Part shown: positions 46,764-54,410 of the stretch, in pieces
Numbering within the stretch: position 1 is the first letter of the stretch
How the letters are laid out: every line of letters begins with the position of its first letter
From: an uncultured Eggerthellaceae bacterium
GTDB lineage: Bacteria; Actinomycetota; Coriobacteriia; Coriobacteriales; Eggerthellaceae
Direction: 5' to 3'
Length of the DNA: 64,000 nucleotides
Assembly (NCBI GenBank): GCA_948616985.1
Contig: CAPGDO010000002.1
Coordinates: 5,965 to 69,964 of the forward strand
The notes under the pieces: model-generated
Databases searched by the model: none
What the model saw: only the letters and a program-made list of their open reading frames with translations
Told to the model about the DNA's origin: nothing
Position numbers and translations under genes: made by a program

Positions 46764-47463
46764 GATGCGCCTCCTTTCCAGCCGAGGCATGCCGAGCAGC
46801 GACCCGCTCATAGAACGCGCCATACTTCGAGAACGCCACGGGATAGGCCCTCTCGGCTGAGAGGGCATCCACCAGCCAGAAGGGGTGGGCGTTCGCTCCT
46901 TTGACCTCTAAGACGACCTGCCCTGGCTCTAAGGGATAGACCGTCTGACCGCCATCGAAGAGGTCCAGCACTCGAAGCCCTTCGTCAAAGGTGATGCGCA
47001 GCTCTCCTTCACCATCAGAGCCGAACGAGGTCCTCCGGCAGATCACCAGAGCAGAGGGCAAAAGGTCCCCCATGCGCTGACGGGCAGCCTCTATCTCCCG
47101 AGCGATCTGGGAGCCTCCAAGGCCTGACCCGCGAGAGAAGCCGACGGCATTCTGGGGACTCACGGCCAACCGTCGCTTGTAGACGATGCCCTTGTGCTTC
47201 TTCTTCAGCTCCACGAATGCTTCTGAAGCCGTTGCGAGCGAACCGCTCCCATACCACCGGATGCGCAGCTTCTCCTTATAGAGAGGCTTCTCTACCGATC
47301 GGGCGATGACGCTGCGCTCTCGCGTATCCAGATACAAGCTGTTCACCTGAGAGATGCCGAACTCGCTTGGGAGCAGATGTCGGCTGACCGCTTCCCGTAA
47401 GCGACAGAGCGACGGGGCGTCCAGCAGATACTTGAGCTCTTTGCGTTGGAATGTCTCCTTCAT
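46756..47463 (-). CDS. VTC-domain (CYTH/triphosphate-tunnel-like, 'polyphosphate polymerase domain') protein
   Basis: 235 aa. N-terminal strand QRKELKYLL, SLYLDT, KEKLRIRWYG and VELKKKHKGIVYKRRL basic strands are typical of bacterial VTC-domain proteins (by eye). Confidence 0.7.
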   Translation of the reverse strand: MKETFQRKELKYLLDAPSLCRLREAVSRHLLPSEFGISQVNSLYLDTRERSVIARSVEKPLYKEKLRIRWYGSGSLATASEAFVELKKKHKGIVYKRRLAVSPQNAVGFSRGSGLGGSQIAREIEAARQRMGDLLPSALVICRRTSFGSDGEGELRITFDEGLRVLDLFDGGQTVYPLEPGQVVLEVKGANAHPFWLVDALSAERAYPVAFSKYGAFYERVAARHASAGKEAHRA

Positions 47464-47606
47464 GGACCTTGAGAACCTCCTTCATCCTCATTCGATGCGG
47501 TCCATGGTAAAGAGCGCTCCTCAATGGAGCCTGAAAGGCGCTCGGCTGCCGTGACGGATGCCGAGCCTCAGATACCCGATAACCCTCAGGTGTCGCTGAA
47601 ATCCCC

Positions 47607-48089
47607 TCATTCGGTGCTATTGCGCGACATGGCTATCTTGCCCGTGCGGACGATCTCCTTGATGCCGTAAGCCCGGAAGAGGTTCTCAAGGCCTTCGAGC
47701 TTCTTCTCATCCCCCGTAGCCTCTATGGTGAGCGAGCTGCGCCCCACATCCACGATCTTGGCTCGGAAGATGTTCGCTATCTCGATGATCTCATTGCGGC
47801 GCTCAGGTGCTGCGCTCACCTTGAAGAGCACCAGCTCCCGTTCGATGGCACCACCATCGGTCAAGTCGGTTATCTTATGGACGCTGATGAGCTTGTGCAG
47901 CTGCTTGGATATCTGCTCCAGGGCTACATCATCAGCATCCACGACCATCGTCACATGGGACATGGTGGGATCCTCCACGGGTCCTACGGAAAGCGATTCG
48001 ATGTTGAACCCGCGCCGAGACACGAGTCCCGTTACGCGAGACAGCACACCAGGCTGATTCTCTACCAGAATGGAAAGCACGTGCTTCAT
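47607..48089 (-). CDS. ilvN: Acetolactate synthase small (regulatory) subunit
   Basis: 160 aa. ACT domain HVLSILVENQPGVLSRVTGLVSRRGFNIESL. ATGA overlap with ilvB. Confidence 0.93.
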   Translation of the reverse strand: MKHVLSILVENQPGVLSRVTGLVSRRGFNIESLSVGPVEDPTMSHVTMVVDADDVALEQISKQLHKLISVHKITDLTDGGAIERELVLFKVSAAPERRNEIIEIANIFRAKIVDVGRSSLTIEATGDEKKLEGLENLFRAYGIKEIVRTGKIAMSRNSTE

Positions 48090-49924
48090 AGCGCGCTCCC
48101 TTCCCCGTTCGTGCGAACAGCCCCTACCGCAACATCGATGGCGCCTATGGCATCATCAAGGCCAGAGCCGGGAGTCACCATGGGATAGACGTTCTGGTCT
48201 GGCGATATGGCCACATCCAAGAGATACGGCCCCTTCGCAGCGAGCATCTCAGTGATAGCCGGGCTCACCTCAGCAGGTTCTGTGATGCGCTTCCCCTCCC
48301 AGCCGTAGGCCTCGGCGAGCTTCACGAAATCAGGGCAGGGCTCCAAGAGCGTCTCCGAATAGCGCTCGGCGCAGAAGAACCTCTGCCATTGATGCACCAT
48401 CCCCAAGCAGCGGTTGTCCATGATGAGCACCTTCACGGGTACGCCGTTGATGGCAGCCGTGGCCATCTCCTGGGAGTTCATTTGGAAGGAGCCGTCTCCT
48501 GCGATGCACACCACTTGCTCATCCGGATGAGCAAGGGCGGCGCCGATGGCGGCCGGGAACCCGAAGCCCATGGTGCCCAAGCCTCCACTGGATAAGAACG
48601 TGCGCGGCTTCTCTCGCTGGATGAACTGATGGGCCCACATCTGGTGCTGTCCCACCTCTGTCACCACGATGGAGCTGTTGGGGTCCAGCTGATCGGAGAG
48701 CGCCCCCATGACCAGCTCGGGCACGATCTGAGACCCCTCATCCCCCACATTCGCATGATAGATGGGATAGCGCTCACGCCAGGCTGCTATCTCCTCCAGC
48801 CACTCCTGGGTCTGCGGATGAGCATCATGGCTCCTCAGCAAGGCTATGAGATCCTGCAAGACGCCCTTGAGGTCACCCACGATGGGCACCTGGGTCTCAC
48901 GGATCTTGCCGATCTCTGCCGGGTCGATATCTATATGGATCACCTTCGCGTTCGGTGCGAACCGGTCGAGCCTTCCGGTCACCCGGTCTGAGAAGCGTGC
49001 GCCTGCCGCTATGATGAGATCCGACTCCGTCAAGGCGAGATTCGAATACTTCGCCCCATGCATCCCGATGGGACCCAGATCGAGCGGATCAGATGCCGGG
49101 AAGACCCCTTTGCCCATGAGCGTGACCGCCACAGGGATCTGCATCAGGTGAGCCAGTTCCCTAACCTCATCCCGTGCATCAGAGCTCACGCATCCGCCGC
49201 CTACATAGAGCACCGGGCGCTGGGATCCCTCTATCAAGCGGCAGGCCGCACGGATCTGCTTGGCATTGCCGCGGTAGGTGGGCTTATAGGAAGGGATGCT
49301 CACGGTATCGGGATATTCGAAGACCATCTCCTCCCCGGCTAGATCAGAGGGGATATCGATGAGCACAGGACCTGGCCGCCCCGTTCGAGCTATATGGAAT
49401 GCCTCCCGGAACGTTGTGGTCAGCTCATCGGTGGATTGGAGCAGAAACGAGTGCTTCACCACGGGCATGGTGATGCCGACGATGTCTGACTCTTGGAATG
49501 AATCGGTGCCGATGACCGCCCGGGGCACCTGGCCGGTGATGATGATCAAGGGGATGGAATCCATGTAAGCGGTGGCGATGCCGGTCACGGTGTTGGTGGC
49601 TCCCGGACCACTGGTCACGATGGCGACGCCCGGATGCCCCGTTGAGCGTGCATAGCCATCTGCCATATGAACGGCCCCTTGCTCATGGCGAGCCAGCACA
49701 TGATGCAGCTGCTCTGAGTCATAGAGCGCATCGTAGAGCTTGATGGCTTGGCCTCCAGGGTAGCCGAAGACCGTATGGACCCCTTCAGCCTCAAGAGATG
49801 CGATCACCGCTTCGGCTCCCAGCATGCGCTTGCCCTGTTTGGGGGTTCGCGCTCCGAGCCCTTGAGGCGCTCCTATGCTTGCCGCCGTGCGCCTCGGGGG
49901 CGCATCCATTGCGCTTGCGGCCAT
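48086..49924 (-). CDS. ilvB: Acetolactate synthase large subunit
   Basis: 612 aa. ThDP enzyme motifs (GYPGG, GPGATN, GDGSFQMN). ATG 49924 has AAGGAGG 7 nt upstream. Confidence 0.95.
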   Translation of the reverse strand: MAASAMDAPPRRTAASIGAPQGLGARTPKQGKRMLGAEAVIASLEAEGVHTVFGYPGGQAIKLYDALYDSEQLHHVLARHEQGAVHMADGYARSTGHPGVAIVTSGPGATNTVTGIATAYMDSIPLIIITGQVPRAVIGTDSFQESDIVGITMPVVKHSFLLQSTDELTTTFREAFHIARTGRPGPVLIDIPSDLAGEEMVFEYPDTVSIPSYKPTYRGNAKQIRAACRLIEGSQRPVLYVGGGCVSSDARDEVRELAHLMQIPVAVTLMGKGVFPASDPLDLGPIGMHGAKYSNLALTESDLIIAAGARFSDRVTGRLDRFAPNAKVIHIDIDPAEIGKIRETQVPIVGDLKGVLQDLIALLRSHDAHPQTQEWLEEIAAWRERYPIYHANVGDEGSQIVPELVMGALSDQLDPNSSIVVTEVGQHQMWAHQFIQREKPRTFLSSGGLGTMGFGFPAAIGAALAHPDEQVVCIAGDGSFQMNSQEMATAAINGVPVKVLIMDNRCLGMVHQWQRFFCAERYSETLLEPCPDFVKLAEAYGWEGKRITEPAEVSPAITEMLAAKGPYLLDVAISPDQNVYPMVTPGSGLDDAIGAIDVAVGAVRTNGEGSAL

Positions 49925-49988
49925 CCCAGCCCCTCCTTGATCCTATCTGACGCTATCGTCCTGTAAGGGAGAGTATAGGGCTTGGCTC

Positions 49989-50819
49989 CTATATGCGCTC
50001 CAGGATCTGCTGGATGAGGCTGCAAAGGTCAGCTTCGCGGTCCTGGGCCACCTGGAAGAGATCGTCTTCCAGAGGGTTCACGCCTCCCACTCCGCAGGCC
50101 ATGTTCACCACCAAGGAGAGCCCCAGCACAGAGAGCCCCACGTGACGAGCAGCGATGACCTCTTCGCAAACGCTCATGGCCACCGTATCCGCACCCCATA
50201 GGCGAAACGCCCGGATCTCTGCGGCTGTTTCGAAGCTGGGACCGGCAAGGCCGAGATAGATGCTCTCCTGGATAGGCAGATCGAGGCTGATAGCCGCATC
50301 ACGGGCTATCTGGCGCAAGCCAGGATCATAGGGTTCATACATGCTGAAGAACCTGTCAGAGAGGGCATTCGGCTCAAGGCCCTGGATGGGATTGCGGCCG
50401 GTGAGGTTGATGTGATCGCGGATGAGGCAGACATCTCCCACCCCATAGCCTTCATTGATGGCCCCCACGGCATTGGTCACGATGAGCGTTTCGATGCCCA
50501 GAGCATCCATGAGCCAGACCGGGTAGGCTACCTGCTGAGAGCTGTTCCCCTCATAGCCGTGGAGGCGCCCTTGCATGCAAAGGACCTCTTTGCCTCCTAA
50601 ATCCCCGCAGACGAAGCGTCCTGCATGGCTTGTGGCTGTGGAAGGCTGCATATGGGGAACATCCGCAAAGGAGAGGGCAGCGGCATCTTGGATGCGCTCG
50701 GCCACAGGACCCCAGCCAGATCCTAAGATGATGCCGATCTTCGGCCTGCGCCCTTCGATCCTTTGGCGCAGCATCGCCGCTGACTCAGGGAGCCACTGGC
50801 TGAGCTTCATCTCTTCCAT
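49989..50819 (-). CDS. punA: Purine nucleoside phosphorylase (trimeric PunA type)
   Basis: 276 aa. IGIILGSGWG, GRFVCGDLGGKEVLCMQGRLHGYEG and VTNAVGAIN motifs. Confidence 0.88.
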   Translation of the reverse strand: MEEMKLSQWLPESAAMLRQRIEGRRPKIGIILGSGWGPVAERIQDAAALSFADVPHMQPSTATSHAGRFVCGDLGGKEVLCMQGRLHGYEGNSSQQVAYPVWLMDALGIETLIVTNAVGAINEGYGVGDVCLIRDHINLTGRNPIQGLEPNALSDRFFSMYEPYDPGLRQIARDAAISLDLPIQESIYLGLAGPSFETAAEIRAFRLWGADTVAMSVCEEVIAARHVGLSVLGLSLVVNMACGVGGVNPLEDDLFQVAQDREADLCSLIQQILERI

Positions 50820-50849
50820 GCTGTTCCTTTCTCGGAGGGTGCGGGCGCA

Positions 50850-51725
50850 TCAGCCCAGCACAGCGCATAAGACCCGTGGCCTCCCTGCAAGATCCTCAAC
50901 GATGCGCACTTCTGCAAAGCCTGCAGCTTCAGCCAAGGAGGCGGCTTCATCCAAGCACTCCTCATGGAGTTCCACGGCGAAGAGGCCACCGGAGCGCAGC
51001 CAACGCCGCGCGGCAGGGAGGAGTCGTCGGAACATATCCAAGCCATCCTCCCCTCCCGCCAATGCCAGCCTTGGCTCGAAACCCTTGACCTCAGCGGAAA
51101 GCGCTTCCATGATGGGGTTGGGGATATAGGGTGGGTTGGACACGAATGCATCGAAGCGCCCTTCAAGGTCTTCGGGAACGGCTGCGTCGAGGTCACAGGA
51201 GAGGATCTCCACCCGCTCTCCCACCCCTAAGAGATCGACGTTCTCTCGGGCAACGGCCCAGGCTTCAGGAGACACATCCGTGGCCACCACAGAGGCATCA
51301 GGTGATTCGACGGCAATGGAGCAGGCGATGCACCCGCTACCGCAACCGATCTCCAAGACGGAAGGCTGAGAGATACCCTCCATGAACGAGAGCACCTCCC
51401 CCACCAGGATCTCTGTCTCAGGGCGCGGGATGAGCACCCCGGGACGTACCTTCACCTCTAAGTGGCGAAACGGTGCTCTTCCGCCGATGTACTGGAGCGG
51501 CTCCCCTTCAGCGCGCCTGCGTACCCCCTCGCGGAGCACAGCACGCTCCTCCCGGGAGAGCGGTTGGTCGAAGTGGGTATAGAGCTCGAGCCGAGTGAGG
51601 CCTGTAGCGTAGGAGAGGAGATGGCGGGCCGAAAGGAGCGGGCTTGCATCCTCCTTCCGCTCAAGATAGCTGCGCGTCCAGTCCAGAGCCGCCTGAACGG
51701 TCCAGACCCGATCAGGCTGGGTCAC
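50850..51725 (-). CDS. prmC: Release-factor glutamine N5-methyltransferase
   Basis: 291 aa. SAM motif LEIGCGSGCI and catalytic NPPY. GTG start overlaps the prfA stop (GTGA). Confidence 0.92.
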   Translation of the reverse strand: MTQPDRVWTVQAALDWTRSYLERKEDASPLLSARHLLSYATGLTRLELYTHFDQPLSREERAVLREGVRRRAEGEPLQYIGGRAPFRHLEVKVRPGVLIPRPETEILVGEVLSFMEGISQPSVLEIGCGSGCIACSIAVESPDASVVATDVSPEAWAVARENVDLLGVGERVEILSCDLDAAVPEDLEGRFDAFVSNPPYIPNPIMEALSAEVKGFEPRLALAGGEDGLDMFRRLLPAARRWLRSGGLFAVELHEECLDEAASLAEAAGFAEVRIVEDLAGRPRVLCAVLG

Positions 51726-52795
51726 ACCGCTGCCTCGAGCTTCTGAGCACGGTCGGCGGCCTGCAGAGCAGTGATAACATCTATGAGCTTGTCGCCGTTG
51801 AGCACGTCGTTGTAGCTGGAATTGAAGCCAATGCGATGATCGGTCACCCGGTCCTGAGGGCCATTGTAGGTGCGGATCTTCTCGGCCCTATCTCCCGTGC
51901 CTATCTGGGCTAACCGCTCGGCTCCTTCTGCGGCTTGCTGCTCAGCCAGCATCTTCTCATAGAGGCGGGCGCGCAGGACGCTCATAGCGGCTATCTTGTT
52001 CTGCAGCTGAGACTTCTGGTCCTGAGACTGGACCACCAATCCTGTGGGCAAGTGAGTGATGCGCACGGCGGAATCAGTGGTATTCACGCATTGGCCACCA
52101 GGACCGCCGGCCCGGAATACATCGATGCGCAGATCGTTCTCGTTTATCTCCACTTCCACCTCATCCGCCTCAGGCAGCACGGCCACGGTGGCCGTTGAGG
52201 TGTGGATGCGCCCTTGGCTCTCCGTCTTGGGAACGCGCTGGACGCGATGGACGCCGCTCTCGAACTTCATGAGCGAATAGACGTGGTCTCCCTTGACCTT
52301 GAACTGGATCTCCTTGTAGCCACCGGACTCAGAGGGAGATACATCCAGCGTTTCGGTCTTCCACCCCTGGGCCGCAACGAAATGCTCATACATCCGGTAG
52401 AGGTCACCAGCGAAGATGGCAGCCTCATCACCACCGGCAGCCGCCCTGATCTCAACGATGATGTCCTTCTCATCGGCCGGGTCAGCCGGGATCAGCATGA
52501 ACTTGATATCCTCTTCAAGGGCAGGGAGCCTGTCCTCTATGCCTGCTATCTCTTCCTGAGCGAATTCCTTCATGTCCGCATCCGAGAGCATCTCTCGGGC
52601 GGCTTCCAGGTCATCCAAAGCAGAGATATACTCAGCGGCTTTCTTGGCCAGAGGGCCTTGATCGGCGTATTCCTTCGCCAGCCGATTGTATTCCTTCTGA
52701 TCCGAGAGGATATCCGGGTCACCCATCTTCGTCTGGAGGTCTTGATAGGCATCAAGGAACTTCTCCAGCTTCTCTTTCATATTCATGTCAGCCAT
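51722..52795 (-). CDS. prfA: Peptide chain release factor 1
   Basis: ORF 51722..52861. PxT-type recognition region, and GGQ motif (AGGPGGQCVNTTDSAVRITH). Candidate starts at 52795, 52786 and 52780; 52795 has AAGGA upstream. Confidence 0.93.
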   Translation of the reverse strand: MADMNMKEKLEKFLDAYQDLQTKMGDPDILSDQKEYNRLAKEYADQGPLAKKAAEYISALDDLEAAREMLSDADMKEFAQEEIAGIEDRLPALEEDIKFMLIPADPADEKDIIVEIRAAAGGDEAAIFAGDLYRMYEHFVAAQGWKTETLDVSPSESGGYKEIQFKVKGDHVYSLMKFESGVHRVQRVPKTESQGRIHTSTATVAVLPEADEVEVEINENDLRIDVFRAGGPGGQCVNTTDSAVRITHLPTGLVVQSQDQKSQLQNKIAAMSVLRARLYEKMLAEQQAAEGAERLAQIGTGDRAEKIRTYNGPQDRVTDHRIGFNSSYNDVLNGDKLIDVITALQAADRAQKLEAAV

Positions 52796-52867
52796 GTATG
52801 TTGGATCCTTACAAGCAATTCCAGTGAGCTTGAGAGATTCTAGCAGACAAAGCCCACCCACGAACGC

Positions 52868-53803
52868 TTACTGGTCCAAGAGGTACTCAGCCACCGCATC
52901 CGCTGCATTCGCGCCATCCCCCACGCCCGTGGATACCTGGCGAAGGACCTTAGTGCGCACGTCTCCCGCTGCGAATACCCCGGCACAGGAGGTCTTGCCC
53001 ATCTCATCAGCAACGACATGTCCCGTCTGATCCAATTCCAGCTTCCCGTCGAGGAATTCGGTGTTGGGTGTGGTGCCGATGGCAACGAACAGGGCGGATA
53101 CGGCTATCGTCTGCACCTCATCGGTCAGCTTGTTGCGCACCCTCACCGCTGAGAGCTGGCCATCCTCAGAGATGAGCTCTTCCACAACGGTATTCCAGAC
53201 GATCTGGACGTTCGGAAGCGCATTGAGCTTCTCATGATAGATGGCTGTGGCTCTCAGGACATCTCGGCGCACGAAGATACGGATGCTACGGCAGATGCGT
53301 GAGAGGTAGATGGCATCAGCGGCGGCGGTATCTCCTCCGCCCACGATGCAGACATCCTTATCCTTGAAGAAGTTGCCATCGCAGGTGGCGCAGTAGGAGA
53401 CCCCGGCTCCCTTCAGCTCGTCCTCGCCCTTCAACCCGAGCTTCGCCGGACGCGCCCCGGTGGCTACGATGACCGCCCGGGCCTTCACCACGCCATAGGC
53501 CATGGTGAGCACCTTCACGGGTTCATCGAAGCTAACGGCTGTCACCTCGTCATAGATGGTCTTCGCTCCGAAGCTCTCAGCCTGCTCATGCATGATGACG
53601 GAGAGCTCATATCCGCTGGTGGATTGATTGAATCCGGGATAGTTCTCCAAGTGCTCTGTCTGGGCCAATTGACCACCCGGGGAGATGCTCTCTATGAGAG
53701 CCGTATCCAACCCCGCCCGAGCGCAGTACATGGCCGCCGTGAGGCCAGCCGGTCCGGCTCCGATGATGGCGACATCATAGAGGTCAGGATGCTCGTTCGC
53801 CAT
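52868..53803 (-). CDS. trxB: Thioredoxin reductase
   Basis: 311 aa. GAGPAG FAD fold and redox-active CATCDG. AAGGAGG upstream of the ATG. Confidence 0.95.
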   Translation of the reverse strand: MANEHPDLYDVAIIGAGPAGLTAAMYCARAGLDTALIESISPGGQLAQTEHLENYPGFNQSTSGYELSVIMHEQAESFGAKTIYDEVTAVSFDEPVKVLTMAYGVVKARAVIVATGARPAKLGLKGEDELKGAGVSYCATCDGNFFKDKDVCIVGGGDTAAADAIYLSRICRSIRIFVRRDVLRATAIYHEKLNALPNVQIVWNTVVEELISEDGQLSAVRVRNKLTDEVQTIAVSALFVAIGTTPNTEFLDGKLELDQTGHVVADEMGKTSCAGVFAAGDVRTKVLRQVSTGVGDGANAADAVAEYLLDQ

Positions 53804-53856
53804 GAGGTCCTCCTTTTGCGAACGCTCATCGGGGATGAGCGTTCGAGCGAAATAAA

Positions 53857-53886
53857 GAGAGCCCGCATCCTTTGATGCAGGCTCTC
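53857..53886 (-). terminator. Intrinsic terminator of trxA
   Basis: Minus strand reads GAGAGCCTGCATC-aaag-GATGCGGGCTCTC (13-bp stem, one mismatch) followed by TTTATTT. It starts 20 nt after the trxA stop. Confidence 0.7.
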
Positions 53887-53906
53887 GGGTGGTCCATGAG
53901 AAGCAC

Positions 53907-54215
53907 TTACGCGAACATCCCCATCAGCTGCTGCTTCGGCACAGCACCTAACGTCTTGTTCTTGATGGCACCCTTGTCGAACAGGATGAGGGTGGGAACC
54001 GAATTCACCCGATAGCTGGCAGCCAGATCAGGGCTCTGATCTATATCGACCTTATACACATAGGCCTGACCCGCTTTCTCCTGGGCCACTTCATCCAAAA
54101 TAGGAGCGAGCCTCTTGCATGGGCCACACCAAGTAGCGAAGAAGTCCACTAGGACCGGCTTATCCGCTTCGAGTACCTTCGACTGGAAATCTTGAGAAGA
54201 GATGACTTCGCTCAT
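53907..54215 (-). CDS. trxA: Thioredoxin
   Basis: 102 aa with the WCGPCK active site. Confidence 0.95.
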   Translation of the reverse strand: MSEVISSQDFQSKVLEADKPVLVDFFATWCGPCKRLAPILDEVAQEKAGQAYVYKVDIDQSPDLAASYRVNSVPTLILFDKGAIKNKTLGAVPKQQLMGMFA

Positions 54216-54341
54216 GACGACCTATCCCCTTTCGTCGGAACAGCTTCGCAGCTCTTTGAGCTGCCGTTCTCCATCGGTTGCATTCTTCTCCATAGCATAG
54301 CAGCTGAGACCCGAAATGATCTAGGTGTAACCAGAACGCAA

Positions 54342-54376
54342 GAATGCCGTTGGCATCTGGCAAGCCAACGGCATTC
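54342..54376 (-). terminator. Hairpin terminator downstream of thrS
   Basis: GAATGCCGTTGGC (54342..54354) pairs with GCCAACGGCATTC (54364..54376): a perfect 13-bp stem with a 9-nt loop. On the minus strand it is followed by TTGCGTTCT. Confidence 0.55.
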
Positions 54377-54410
54377 CCTCGAAGCAGAGAGGCTCGGCGT
54401 GGAAGATGGT

